NCBI GenBank assembly: GCA_965220725.1
Contig: OZ244840.1
Location: 2,304,548-2,368,547 of the forward strand
Length of the DNA stretch: 64,000 bases
Direction of reading: 5' to 3'
Origin: Arenicellales bacterium
Lineage (GTDB): Bacteria > Pseudomonadota > Gammaproteobacteria > Arenicellales > JAJDZL01
Shown piece after piece: positions 16,426 to 26,910 of the stretch; within the stretch, counting starts at the first letter, position 1, and each line of letters starts with the position of its first letter. The notes beneath the pieces were generated by a model. It was not told the origin of the DNA. It saw nothing but the letters and a program-made list of their open reading frames with translations, and ran no database searches. Both the position numbers and the translations under genes were made by a program.

Positions 16426-18213
16426 ATGTCAGATTATCTCGCACCATTGACCGATATGAAGTTCGTCCTGAGTCATGTGGCCGGTTTGGGGGAGATCATG
16501 AATCTCGAATCATTTCAAGGCATGGACGACGAGCTGGTTTCCGCGATTCTGGAGGAATCATCAAAATTTACATCGGAAATCCTGGGCCCGTTGAATCGGG
16601 TCGGTGATGAGCACGGGGCGAAAGTCTCAGACGGTGAGGTGACGACCGCACCGGGATGGAAGGAGGCGTATCAGCAGTTCATCGAGAGTGGCTGGAACGG
16701 ATTGTCATTTAAGCCCGAATATGGCGGGCAGGGGTTGCCGTGGCTGGTGGCGACTGCGGTTCAGGAGATGTGGCATTCGGCCAATATGTCATTCGGCCTG
16801 TGTCCGCTTCTGACCCAGGGTGCGATCCGGGCACTCGAACTGCATGGGTCGCCTGAGCAGCAGGAGACCTACATGGCGCGCCTGGTTTCTGGCGAGTGGG
16901 CCGGCACCATGAATCTGACCGAGGCGCATGCCGGGTCGGACCTGGCGGCGATTCGCACCCGCGCAGTCGAGGAAGGCGACCACTACCGATTGAAAGGTCA
17001 GAAAATCTTCATTACCTATGGAGAACACGACCTGACCGAGAACATCATTCATTTCGTACTGGGCCGATGCTCGGATTCCCCGGAAGGCGTCAAGGGCATC
17101 TCACTTTTCATCGTGCCGAAGTTTCTGGTCAATGATGACGGCACGCTTGGTGAACGCAACGATCTTCGCTGTGTCTCGCTTGAGCACAAGCTGGGCATTC
17201 ATGCAAGCCCAACCGCTGTGATGTCCTATGGTGACCAGGACGGCGCGGTGGCCTACCTGGTCGGCGAAAAGAACAAGGGGCTTGAGTACATGTTCACCAT
17301 GATGAATCTCGCCCGTCATGCCGTCGGTGTCGAGGGGCTGGCGATTGCGGAACGTGCGTATCAGCAGGCGCGGGGCTACGCCGCCGAGCGCGTTCAGGGC
17401 AGCGTGGTTGGCGGCCCGAAAGAGCGGGTGCCAATCATCCGGCATCCGGATGTGAGACGAATGCTGATGACCATGAAGTCACTGATCCAGGCCATGCGCT
17501 GTCTGTCTTACTATACCTCCGGCATATTTGACCTGTCACATGCCCATCCGGACCAGGCCGCCCGATCTGAATTCGCAGCGGATCTCGGCTTGCTGATTCC
17601 CATTGTGAAAGGGTGGTGCGCTGAAATGGGCAATGAAGTGGCCTATATCGGTGTCCAGGTGCACGGTGGCATGGGATTTATCGAAGAAACCGGTGCCGCT
17701 CAGCATCTTCGCGATGCGCGTATCACACCGATCTACGAAGGCACCACGGGTATCCAGGCCAACGATCTTGTCGGTCGCAAGATTCTGCGCGATCCAGACG
17801 CCCACGTCGACCGGTTCGTTGGAAGAATTCGGGAATCACTGGCTGAACTGCGGACGCAGGCTGATTCGAATGTGGAGATCTGTCAGTCCGTGGAGTCGGC
17901 ACTCAACGATCTTGAACGGGTGACCGACTGGGTTCGGCAAACAGGCGCAAGCGATGCCCGGCTGCCAGCCGCCTCCAGCGTGGGTTACATGCATGTGCTG
18001 GCATTGACAGTCGCAGGTTGGCTGATGGCGGTTTCTGCAACCCAATCAGCTGTGTTACGGAATTCAGCCGACGGTGATCAGGATTTTCTCGAAGCCAGGC
18101 AGACGACTGCGGCATTTTTCGCAACCCACATCATGCCGCGGGTCAAGGCTCATGCGGATGGCGTCGTGAATTCGTCCGCCGCGGTGATGGCGTTGCGCGA
18201 CGATCAGTTCTAG
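16426..18213 (+). CDS. Large (~595 aa) acyl-CoA dehydrogenase, of the DmdC/FadE-like long form.
   Basis: The N-terminus MSDYLAPLTDMKFVL is typical of the long ACAD N-terminal domain. Also present are IYEGTTGIQANDLVGRK and HGGMGFIEE. Confidence 0.85.
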   Translation: MSDYLAPLTDMKFVLSHVAGLGEIMNLESFQGMDDELVSAILEESSKFTSEILGPLNRVGDEHGAKVSDGEVTTAPGWKEAYQQFIESGWNGLSFKPEYGGQGLPWLVATAVQEMWHSANMSFGLCPLLTQGAIRALELHGSPEQQETYMARLVSGEWAGTMNLTEAHAGSDLAAIRTRAVEEGDHYRLKGQKIFITYGEHDLTENIIHFVLGRCSDSPEGVKGISLFIVPKFLVNDDGTLGERNDLRCVSLEHKLGIHASPTAVMSYGDQDGAVAYLVGEKNKGLEYMFTMMNLARHAVGVEGLAIAERAYQQARGYAAERVQGSVVGGPKERVPIIRHPDVRRMLMTMKSLIQAMRCLSYYTSGIFDLSHAHPDQAARSEFAADLGLLIPIVKGWCAEMGNEVAYIGVQVHGGMGFIEETGAAQHLRDARITPIYEGTTGIQANDLVGRKILRDPDAHVDRFVGRIRESLAELRTQADSNVEICQSVESALNDLERVTDWVRQTGASDARLPAASSVGYMHVLALTVAGWLMAVSATQSAVLRNSADGDQDFLEARQTTAAFFATHIMPRVKAHADGVVNSSAAVMALRDDQF

Positions 18214-18224
18214 ACGTGAATTGA

Positions 18225-18563
18225 TCAGGCGAGTTTGAGTCCGTTATCAACGGGGCGTTCTGGCTGAGCCAGCACAACGGAGCCATCTTTCTGCGTGAAT
18301 CCCGTGAGCAGGAACTGGGACATGATCGGACCGATCTGTTTCGGTGGGAAATTCACCACACCGATGATATGGCGGCCCAAGAGATCCTCGGGTGTGTAGA
18401 GATCGGTGATCTGCGCGCTGCATCGGCGAATTCCGATCTCCTCTCCGAAGTCCGCCGTGACCTTGTAGGCTGGTTTTCTGGCTTCAGGAAATTCCTCTAC
18501 GTCAACGATGGTGCCTGTGCGCAGTTCCACCTGCTCGAAATCATTCCATTCGATTTGCTTCAC
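18225..18563 (-). CDS. tRNA-binding domain protein (CsaA/YgjH-like).
   Basis: [32 protein letters not shown]...[11 protein letters not shown] is typical of the EMAP/CsaA OB-fold. Confidence 0.8.
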   Translation of the reverse strand: MKQIEWNDFEQVELRTGTIVDVEEFPEARKPAYKVTADFGEEIGIRRCSAQITDLYTPEDLLGRHIIGVVNFPPKQIGPIMSQFLLTGFTQKDGSVVLAQPERPVDNGLKLA

Positions 18564-18840
18564 GATGGTGCCTCTTGTCTGAATTCAATCTGGTTGTTCA
18601 AGGATTCCGGGTTAGCAACCTGTTGCCAGGTTTGCCCGGATGATGATTGGTTGAAAAAATCGAGTGGAATTATACGAAGCCGGTGACAGGGTTCGACAGG
18701 AAATTCAACCCGAATCCAATCACATTTTCTGTTGCCGGGCGCGTGGGTTCTGACGTTGAATTCCGACCTGTCAATTTTCAGCATATGAGCAAAATCAAAC
18801 TTATAATTGTGCGCTCATTGCAATTCAACGGTGAGTCTGT

Positions 18841-20265
18841 ATGTCGTTAACGGATGAGCAAATTTTGGCCGATATCAACAATCTGGTCAGCAGATCGCGT
18901 CAGGCGATGGCTTCGCTCAAGTCAGCCAGTCAGCAGCGTGTCGATGAGATTGTCACGGCAATCGCATGGGCGATTTACGAGGACGGCAACGCGGCGGAAC
19001 TTGCCAATATGGCCGTTGCCGATACCGGTCTGGGCAATGCCAAAGACAAGATCACCAAGAACAAACGCAAGACGTTTGGAACACTGCGGGATTTGATGCG
19101 CGTCCGAACCGTCGGAATCATCGAGGAGGATCCGGCAAAAGGACTCATCAAGTATGCGAAACCGGTTGGCGTGGTGGCCGCAGTCACACCCTCGACCAAT
19201 CCTGCCGCCACACCCGCCAACAAATGCATGATGGCGGTCAAATGTCGAAACAGTGTCATTGTCGCACCCTCACCGGCGGGTTGGAATACCACCAACCGAA
19301 CCGTCGAACTGATGCGGGAGCAGTTGGAACGGGTTGGCGCACCAGCCGACCTGGTGCAGATTCTCCCTGCGCCAGTCAGTCGCAAGGCAACCGAAGCCCT
19401 GATGAAGGCTGCAGACATGGTTGTGGTCACCGGTTCCCAAAACAATGTGCGAGGTGCCTACACGAGCGGCACTCCGGCGATTGGCGTCGGTGTCGGCAAC
19501 GTGCCTGTGATTATCGATGACAGCGCGGATCTGGCAAGTGCGGCGCAGCGGGTCCGGATGTCAAAGACCTTTGACAATGGCACATCCTGTTCGTCTGAGA
19601 ACTCCGTGGTCATTCTTGATTCAGTTTATGACGACATGATGCAAGCCTTTCGCAATGAGGGAGGGTATGTTGCCACCGCTTCGGAAAAATCAGACATTCA
19701 GCGTTTGCTGTGGTCGTCGGACGGTGTCATGAACCGGGAACTGATTGCCAAGGACGCGGACGTGCTGGTGCGGCAATTCGGGTTGAATGCCTCGGAAGCC
19801 GAGACCCGATTCATCATTGTCGAGGAAACCGGTATCGGGCCGGAGTATCCGCTATCCGGTGAAAAGCTCTCATTGGTGTTGACGGCCTACCGTGCGCAGG
19901 ATTTTGAGGATGCCAAGAATAAGGTGCGGGATATTCTCAACTACCAGGGCGCAGGTCATTCCTGTGGCATCCACACGTCGGATCCGGACAAGCCAAGAGT
20001 ACTGGCCGAGGAGTTGGATGTGGTCCGGGTGTTGGTCAACCAGGCACACACCTTCGGCAACGGCGGTGGGTTTACCAGTGGTTTGAACTTCACCCTGAGC
20101 ATGGGGTGCGGCACCTGGGGCGGAAACAGTATCAGTGAAAATCTGAATTACCGTCATTTTCTCAACATCACCCATCTATCGACTGAGATTCCCGAAGACA
20201 AACCGAGCGAGGAGAGTCTTTTCGGTGAATTTCTAAGGAATCACCACCCAGACCGAAACCTCTGA
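18841..20265 (+). CDS. CoA-acylating aldehyde dehydrogenase (EutE/PduP/SucD/SauS-like).
   Basis: VVAAVTPSTNPAATPANK and the catalytic-Cys region FDNGTSCSSENSVV. Confidence 0.8.
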   Translation: MSLTDEQILADINNLVSRSRQAMASLKSASQQRVDEIVTAIAWAIYEDGNAAELANMAVADTGLGNAKDKITKNKRKTFGTLRDLMRVRTVGIIEEDPAKGLIKYAKPVGVVAAVTPSTNPAATPANKCMMAVKCRNSVIVAPSPAGWNTTNRTVELMREQLERVGAPADLVQILPAPVSRKATEALMKAADMVVVTGSQNNVRGAYTSGTPAIGVGVGNVPVIIDDSADLASAAQRVRMSKTFDNGTSCSSENSVVILDSVYDDMMQAFRNEGGYVATASEKSDIQRLLWSSDGVMNRELIAKDADVLVRQFGLNASEAETRFIIVEETGIGPEYPLSGEKLSLVLTAYRAQDFEDAKNKVRDILNYQGAGHSCGIHTSDPDKPRVLAEELDVVRVLVNQAHTFGNGGGFTSGLNFTLSMGCGTWGGNSISENLNYRHFLNITHLSTEIPEDKPSEESLFGEFLRNHHPDRNL

Positions 20266-20275
20266 GGATCCGGCA

Positions 20276-21820
20276 GTGGCTGACACGATTCGATCTCTCA
20301 TCAACCGTTGTGCACGCGAACTCAAGTCGCGCGAATTCCTGGTTGACCCGGAGAGCAATCTTCACATGACGTATGGTGCCCTGCACGCCCATTGCCGGGA
20401 GTTCGGCGGATTTCTCCACAGCGCCGGTTTTTCCGCACCAGCCAATGTCGGTTTCATGATGGATAACGGCTATTGGTCTTCGGTCGTGTTCCTGGGAACC
20501 ATGTATTCAGGGCATATTTCCATCCCCCTGAATGTCGTGGCCAGTCGGCGCAATCTGCTGTTCGCCCTGGCGAATGCCAAGGTTGATATCGTTTTCGTCA
20601 GCGCGCCATACCGGGCGATGCTGAATGATCTTCTGACCGAGATCGACAGGGAGGTTCAGGTCGTTGATGTGGATATGGCAAGCGGTTTTGAGATGCCCGC
20701 TGTTGATTCGGCGGACCGGCCCTATCGGGCGCTTTCGGTCATGCCGAACTCTCCCGCGATGATCATGCATACATCGGGGACGGTTGGATTGCCCAAAGGT
20801 GCGGTGCTGAGGCACTCCAACATGATTGCAGGCGCCCACAACGTCAAGAAAGCCCATCAACTTTCCCTGGACGATGCAGCCTACTGTGTGTTGCCGCTTT
20901 ATCACATCAATGGACAGGTTGTCACGTTGATTGCTCCGATCGTCAGTCACTCGCGCGTGGTCATGCCGAGGAGATTCAGTGTCTCGAATTATTGGGAGCA
21001 TGTGATTCGCTACAACTGCACATGGGTGAGTCTGGTGCCGACCATGGCGAAATATCTGCTCGACGCGGTTGGCAACAGCAACGAAAAGAAGGCGCAGATC
21101 AGGGAACAGCTGAGACATCTCAGGTTTGCCCGTTCAGCCTCTTCATCATTGCCCGCGGGGATGCACCGGGACTTTGAGGAAACCTTTGGGGTCCCGATGA
21201 TTGAGACCATGGGTCTGACCGAGACTGCAGCACCCATTCTTGCCAATCCCATGCCACCGGCTCTCAGGGTATCAGGCTCTGTCGGTTTGCCATGCGGCAA
21301 TGAAGTGAAAGTGATCGATGCCGATGAGATAACACTGAGAGAAGGTGAGATCGGTGAGATCGTGGTGCGCGGCGACAATGTCATCTCGGAGTACTTCAAT
21401 GCGCCCCAGGCCACATTGACCTCGTTCACCTCCGATGGCTGGTTCAAAACCGGCGATCTTGGCTACTACGACGAGTATGGGTATTTCTTTGTGACCGGCC
21501 GCATCAAGGAACTGATCATCAAGGGAGGCGAGAACATCTCACCGCGTGAAATCGACGATGTGCTCTATCACCATGATGCCGTGCTTGAAGCCGGCGCGTT
21601 CGGCTTTCCTGATGATGCCTATGGTCAGGTTGTCGCGGTTGCTGTCGTTCTCAAGGAAGGAGTGGATATTTCTGAAGACGCGCTGATCGAATTTTGCAGT
21701 CAGGAGCTCGGAAGTTTCAGGTGTCCGAGTAGAATCTTCTTCGTCGATGATCTGCCGAAAGGGCCTTCGGGGAAAATCCAGAGACTGGAAGTCGCCAAGC
21801 TGATCATCGAGAATCAGTAA
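20276..21820 (+). CDS. AMP-dependent acyl-CoA synthetase/ligase.
   Basis: AMP-binding motif IMHTSGTVGLPKGAVL, plus GDLGYYDEYGYFFVTGRIKELI and a C-terminal PKGPSGKIQR. It has a GTG start 10 nt after the upstream stop. Confidence 0.85.
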   Translation: MADTIRSLINRCARELKSREFLVDPESNLHMTYGALHAHCREFGGFLHSAGFSAPANVGFMMDNGYWSSVVFLGTMYSGHISIPLNVVASRRNLLFALANAKVDIVFVSAPYRAMLNDLLTEIDREVQVVDVDMASGFEMPAVDSADRPYRALSVMPNSPAMIMHTSGTVGLPKGAVLRHSNMIAGAHNVKKAHQLSLDDAAYCVLPLYHINGQVVTLIAPIVSHSRVVMPRRFSVSNYWEHVIRYNCTWVSLVPTMAKYLLDAVGNSNEKKAQIREQLRHLRFARSASSSLPAGMHRDFEETFGVPMIETMGLTETAAPILANPMPPALRVSGSVGLPCGNEVKVIDADEITLREGEIGEIVVRGDNVISEYFNAPQATLTSFTSDGWFKTGDLGYYDEYGYFFVTGRIKELIIKGGENISPREIDDVLYHHDAVLEAGAFGFPDDAYGQVVAVAVVLKEGVDISEDALIEFCSQELGSFRCPSRIFFVDDLPKGPSGKIQRLEVAKLIIENQ

Positions 21821-22633
21821 TTGTCTTCCGGATTGACGAATCCGCAAAACACACTGGAAAAGCGCACTGCACTGATCACCGGTGCAACAAGTGGCATTGG
21901 ATTGACCATCGCGGAAAAGCTCGCCGCAAGTGGTTGTGATGTGTGTCTCAGTGGACTGGGTGATCCGGGTGCAATCCAACAGCTGCTGGATCAGATTCGC
22001 GACCGCGCCAATGTTCAAGCCGTCCATTGTCCGGCAGACCTTCGCGACCCGGATGCGGTCCACGATGCAGTGAAGGCGCTGATCGGTGAATTCGGCGGGA
22101 TTGATATTCTGATCAACAGTGCAGGTGTTCAGCATGTCGCCGCGGTTCAGGACTTTCCAAACGAAATTTGGGATGAGGTGCTTGCAGTCAACCTGTCGGC
22201 TGTGTTTCACACGATCAAGGCAGTCCTTCCGGGCATGGTCGGCAACGGCTGGGGGCGAATCATCAATATCGCCTCAACACATGGCCTGGTTGGCAGCGAG
22301 AATAAATCTGCCTATGTCGCGGCAAAGCATGGCGTGGTTGGGCTCACCAAAGTCGTGGCCCTTGAGAACGCGCGACATTCTGTCACCTGCAATGCCATCT
22401 GTCCGGGCTTTGTGGATACGCCACTGGTACGCGGGCAGATTCAGGACATTGCCGCTTCAGAGAGTCTGCCATTTGCGACCGCATCGGAGCGGTTTGTGTC
22501 CGGCAAACATCCCAGCGGGCAGTTTATCGGTACCGATGAAGTGGCCTCACTCGCACTTTATCTGTGTTCTGAACAGGCTGCCGGTATCACAGGTTCGGCG
22601 ATTGCGATTGACGGAGGTTGGACGGCACACTAG
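21821..22633 (+). CDS. SDR-family dehydrogenase, 3-hydroxybutyrate dehydrogenase-like.
   Basis: TGATSGIGLTIA, NSAG and SAYVAAKHGVVGLTK. The TTG start directly abuts the upstream stop. Confidence 0.8.
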   Translation: MSSGLTNPQNTLEKRTALITGATSGIGLTIAEKLAASGCDVCLSGLGDPGAIQQLLDQIRDRANVQAVHCPADLRDPDAVHDAVKALIGEFGGIDILINSAGVQHVAAVQDFPNEIWDEVLAVNLSAVFHTIKAVLPGMVGNGWGRIINIASTHGLVGSENKSAYVAAKHGVVGLTKVVALENARHSVTCNAICPGFVDTPLVRGQIQDIAASESLPFATASERFVSGKHPSGQFIGTDEVASLALYLCSEQAAGITGSAIAIDGGWTAH

Positions 22634-24159
22634 TAGTTTGTCGGTGGTTGTGGTATCGGCTGCGACATGAGCCAGAATTCCCGCTCCAATTCCTGCCCCA
22701 CCTCCTGGATCTGTGCCCAGGCTTCCTCAACATGCCTCATTTCGGTGCGAATCGCACCGGGAACAAAGCGGATGACGTATTCACCATTCAGTACCGTATG
22801 GGTGAGGAACATTTTTCCTGAATCATTCAATCGTTCCACAATCGCTTCGCTGATCCCATCACCCGAGCAATGTCTGAAGCAGACAACGTTCAACGCGGTC
22901 GGCAGAAACAGTTCGAACTCTTCGCTGTCGTTGATCCATTCGGTCAGTTTTTCTGCCATTTCAATCTGAGAACGGATGTGATCACCCAGTCCTGCCGCCC
23001 CATAGTGGCGAATGACAAACCACAGTTTCAGTGACCGGAAGCGTCTTCCCAAGGAAACCTGCCAGCCGCTGTAATCAAAGACCGCTCCCTCCTCGGTCGC
23101 CTTGTTGCGCAGGTATTCGGGTGTGAACGTCAGTGCGCTGACCAGATCGTTTTTGTCTGCAACGTAAAACAAATCACAGTCAAAGTTGGTCAACAGCCAT
23201 TTGTGCGGGTTGAAGCAGTAACTGTCCACCTGGTCGAGTCCCTCCAACAGGTATCGATACTCCGGACACACGGCTGCATTGCCGGAGTAGGCGGCATCGA
23301 CGTGAAGCCAGATTCTCGCGTCGGCGGCAATCTGCGCGATTTCGGGGACCGGATCTACGGCCAGCGACGATGTCGTGCCGATGGTTGCGCAGATGAACGA
23401 TGGTACCCTGCCATCGGTCATATCCTGCTCGACGAGTTGCGCGAGATGTGCGGCGTCCATGGCGAACCCCTCACCAACATTGACCTTTCGGATCTGTTCA
23501 TCGCGGAATCCGGCAATTTTCAGTCCCTTCTCCGCCGACGAATGCGTCTGATCTGAAATATAGGCAGTCAGGTCCGCGAGCGCAATGCGTTCGGACATTC
23601 GAAGCGAGCGTTCCCTTGCGGCGACGACCGCGCACAAGGTCGCAGATGAGGCTGAATCCTGGATGACGCCACCGCCGCTGCCGCTTGAGTGAAAATGCTT
23701 CGGCAGGCCACAGATCTCAACCATCCAATCCATGACCAGCGTCTCGATCTCAGTGCACGCCGGGCTGGTGACCCACAGCATGCCCTGAATGCCGAATCCA
23801 GACGACAGCATGTCGCCGAGGATCGAGGGTCCGGAGGCGTGAGAGGGAAAATAGGCGTAAAACGCAGGCGACTGCCAATGGGTCAGACCCGGAATAACTT
23901 TTTCTCTTACATCATCCAGCACGTCCTGGAAAGGTTCACCCTCAACCGGCGGACTTTGCGGAAAACTGCGATAGATCTCGCCGGGTTCGACCTGGGAGCG
24001 AACAGGATAGGACTCGATGTTCGCCATGTAGTCAGCGATGAAATCGATCATCTGGTAACCCTGCTTGCGGAATTGCTCCGGTGTCAGGTGTTTGGATTTT
24101 CCTGTTTGTGAATTGTGATCATTCATGGGTTGTTTAGCTTGATCTTCGTGATCGAACAT
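22630..24159 (-). CDS. PLP-dependent group II decarboxylase (aromatic-L-amino-acid / tyrosine decarboxylase-like).
   Basis: SPACTEIETLVMDWM, HVDAAYSGNA and the PLP-Lys motif FNPHKWLL. An alternative start lies at 24126. Confidence 0.85.
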   Translation of the reverse strand: MFDHEDQAKQPMNDHNSQTGKSKHLTPEQFRKQGYQMIDFIADYMANIESYPVRSQVEPGEIYRSFPQSPPVEGEPFQDVLDDVREKVIPGLTHWQSPAFYAYFPSHASGPSILGDMLSSGFGIQGMLWVTSPACTEIETLVMDWMVEICGLPKHFHSSGSGGGVIQDSASSATLCAVVAARERSLRMSERIALADLTAYISDQTHSSAEKGLKIAGFRDEQIRKVNVGEGFAMDAAHLAQLVEQDMTDGRVPSFICATIGTTSSLAVDPVPEIAQIAADARIWLHVDAAYSGNAAVCPEYRYLLEGLDQVDSYCFNPHKWLLTNFDCDLFYVADKNDLVSALTFTPEYLRNKATEEGAVFDYSGWQVSLGRRFRSLKLWFVIRHYGAAGLGDHIRSQIEMAEKLTEWINDSEEFELFLPTALNVVCFRHCSGDGISEAIVERLNDSGKMFLTHTVLNGEYVIRFVPGAIRTEMRHVEEAWAQIQEVGQELEREFWLMSQPIPQPPTNY

Positions 24160-24370
24160 ACCCGCAACGCTCGCATTCGACTATCTCGACCTTGCCTGAT
24201 GCGCCGAATCCGAATTTGACTTCGATTACACGGTACTGGTGCACCCCGATTCGGCACAACAGGTTACCGATTTGTTTCGGAATATTCATTGCATGGTCTG
24301 CGTATTCGATACGCCCGCTACGTGGTCAGGACAACTGTTGCACTCCGTTCAGGTGATTTCCTTTCTCGCC

Positions 24371-26002
24371 CTACATGTTTGGGTAGTTGGGTCCGCCTCC
24401 GCCTTCCGGTACGACCCAGTTGATGTTCTGTGTCATATCCTTGATATCACAGGTTTTGCAGTGGACACAGTTCTGTGCGTTGATGACGAGTTTCGGGCCG
24501 GCTTCGCCTTCATCAACGATCTCATAGACGCCGGCCGGACAGTAGCGTTGCTCAGGTGCATCATAGTCTTTCAGGTTGATCGCAATTGGAACTGAATCGT
24601 CTTTCAGCGTCAGATGCACCGGCTGATTCTCCTCATGATTGGTATTCGACAGGAACACCGAGGAATTGCGGTCAAAACTGATGACACCATCCGGCTTCGG
24701 GTATTCGATTGGCGTCGATTGCGATATCTTCTTCAATGACTTGTGATCCTCATGGTGGCGGAATGTCCATGGTGCCCGCCCGCGGAATAGATACGTGTCA
24801 ATGCCCGCATAGAACATGCCGGGCCACAAGCCCTTGCTGAATGCAGGTCGAATGTTCCGGGCCCGGTACAGTTCCTTCCACAGCCAGCTCGACCTGAGTG
24901 CGTCCGTGTAGTCTGACAGTTCACCCTGGGTGTCGGATGTGATGTGGTCGTAAACCGCCTGCGCCGCAGTCATACCGGACTTCATCGCAGTATGCGTCCC
25001 CTTGATTTTCGGGGTGTTCAGGAATCCGGCACAATCTCCGATCAGCGCACCGCCCGGGAAAGTGAGTTTGGGTATGGCCTGATAGCCACCCTCAACCAGC
25101 GCACGCGCACCATAGGCGACCCTGCGTCCATTTTCGAATACCGGTCTGATGGATTTGTGGTGCTTGAAGCGCTGAAACTCCTCATAGGGGCTCAGGTAGG
25201 GATTCTGATAGTCCAGTCCAACCACGAATCCGACCGAAACCTGGTTGTTTTCCAGGTGATACATGAATGAGCCGCCATAGGTTGAACGGTCCAGCGGCCA
25301 GCCAACGCTGTGCCAGACCTGGCCCTCATTGTGAACGCTTGCGTCCACTTCCCACAGTTCCTTGATTCCGATGCCGAACGTCTGATGATCGGCGTCTTTC
25401 CGAAGTTGATAGCGCTCATACAGTGTTTTGGTCAGTGAGCCCCTGCAGCCTTCGGCAAACAGCGTGATTCGGGCGCGAAGTTCGGCGCCCGGTGCATAGT
25501 TCACGGTCGGCTCACCGTCTTTACCCACACCCATGTCGCCGGTCGCGACACCGACAACCCGGTCGTCCTCATACAGCACCTCGGCTGCGGCATAGCCTGG
25601 AAAAATATCGACGCCGATTGCTTCGGCCTGCTCGGCGAGCCAGCGACACAGGTTGCCAAGAGAGATGATGTAATTCCCGTGATTGTTCATCTGTGGCGGG
25701 GTTGGCAGGGTGAAAGCCGAATTTTTTGTCAGGAACACAAACTTGTCGCTCCTGACCGGGCAGTTCAGCGGGGCACCATCGTCCTTCCAGTTCGGAAGCA
25801 GCTCATTCAACGCCGTTGGCTCCAACACCGCACCCGAGAGGATATGCGCACCAACCTCGGAACCTTTCTCCAAAATGCACACACTCAGGTCCTGACCGTT
25901 TTCGATACACAACTGTCGCAATCTGATCGCAGCGGCAAGTCCGGACGGACCTGCTCCAACAATGACGACGTCATATTCCAGTGAATCGCGTTCTTGGGTC
26001 AT
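24371..26002 (-). CDS. Electron-transfer flavoprotein:ubiquinone oxidoreductase (ETF-QO).
   Basis: [16 protein letters not shown] and a C-terminal 4Fe-4S region [15 protein letters not shown]...[12 protein letters not shown]. Confidence 0.9.
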   Translation of the reverse strand: MTQERDSLEYDVVIVGAGPSGLAAAIRLRQLCIENGQDLSVCILEKGSEVGAHILSGAVLEPTALNELLPNWKDDGAPLNCPVRSDKFVFLTKNSAFTLPTPPQMNNHGNYIISLGNLCRWLAEQAEAIGVDIFPGYAAAEVLYEDDRVVGVATGDMGVGKDGEPTVNYAPGAELRARITLFAEGCRGSLTKTLYERYQLRKDADHQTFGIGIKELWEVDASVHNEGQVWHSVGWPLDRSTYGGSFMYHLENNQVSVGFVVGLDYQNPYLSPYEEFQRFKHHKSIRPVFENGRRVAYGARALVEGGYQAIPKLTFPGGALIGDCAGFLNTPKIKGTHTAMKSGMTAAQAVYDHITSDTQGELSDYTDALRSSWLWKELYRARNIRPAFSKGLWPGMFYAGIDTYLFRGRAPWTFRHHEDHKSLKKISQSTPIEYPKPDGVISFDRNSSVFLSNTNHEENQPVHLTLKDDSVPIAINLKDYDAPEQRYCPAGVYEIVDEGEAGPKLVINAQNCVHCKTCDIKDMTQNINWVVPEGGGGPNYPNM

Positions 26003-26041
26003 AAGGTTCTCTCTCGAATCTGAATATGGGTCAATATCTGA

Positions 26042-26668
26042 CTAGTTTTCGAAGACTTCCACCCGGATTTCGGTTGGAGTGCCGCTATTGCACGGGTTGT
26101 TCACCTGCGGGCAATTGGATAGCACCGCGAGTACATCGGTGTCGGCCCGCAACGTCACGTAGTCTCCTGCAATGGAACTTCCGCGCACAAAAACCGTCTG
26201 TTCGGTCGCACCGTCATCGTGCACCGGCACCGAACAGAAAAAATTGATATTCGGCACGATGTCGCGCCAGCCCAGTCCGTAACCGGCCAGGGCATCGAGA
26301 AAGTTCTCCCGGCAGCCTGGGACACCCGCTACGCCGTACAGCATCTGGTTGCTCCAGGATGAGCAGCAACCCGCGATCGTATCGTGCCCACCGGCGGTTG
26401 AGTCTTCAGTGACGGTCATCAATGGGTTCGCGTAATCGGAATACAGAACCGAATGCTGGCCGATGTGGATGCTGGTTGCGGCCTTGATGGTATTCGGGGC
26501 ATGATAACGCTCTTCCAGATTGTTCGCGTTATAGCAAAGAAAATCAACGCCTTGTTGTCCTTCCAAGTCAACGATTCTCAAGCATTGGCCTGGTTTCAAT
26601 ACCTTGTGCCAGTAATATCCAGGCTTGATGACTTCATTGACAAGGGTGTTCATATGTGAATCTGCCAA
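26042..26668 (-). CDS. DUF1989 / urea-carboxylase-associated-family protein.
   Basis: The pattern GQCLRIVDLEGQQGVDFLCYNANNLEERY matches my recollection of DUF1989 proteins. Confidence 0.6.
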   Translation of the reverse strand: MADSHMNTLVNEVIKPGYYWHKVLKPGQCLRIVDLEGQQGVDFLCYNANNLEERYHAPNTIKAATSIHIGQHSVLYSDYANPLMTVTEDSTAGGHDTIAGCCSSWSNQMLYGVAGVPGCRENFLDALAGYGLGWRDIVPNINFFCSVPVHDDGATEQTVFVRGSSIAGDYVTLRADTDVLAVLSNCPQVNNPCNSGTPTEIRVEVFEN

Positions 26669-26910
26669 GTTGTTTGCGACTTGCCACTCAGCGGTCTGAA
26701 GAAAGCAAATGATCCGGGAATTTCATGGTCAAAGTATACAATCAATTGCAGTGCTCAATTGCGATGTATCGGACGTGCGTTTGTACCTGGCAGTGGTTGG
26801 CTGACTGAAAGAAGAACAGCGCACTGGAATCTTCGCGGATAATATCGGGCACAATTCATGGGTATCCGACCCATGCACTTCAATCACTTTGACACAATGG
26901 GGAGAGTTGG

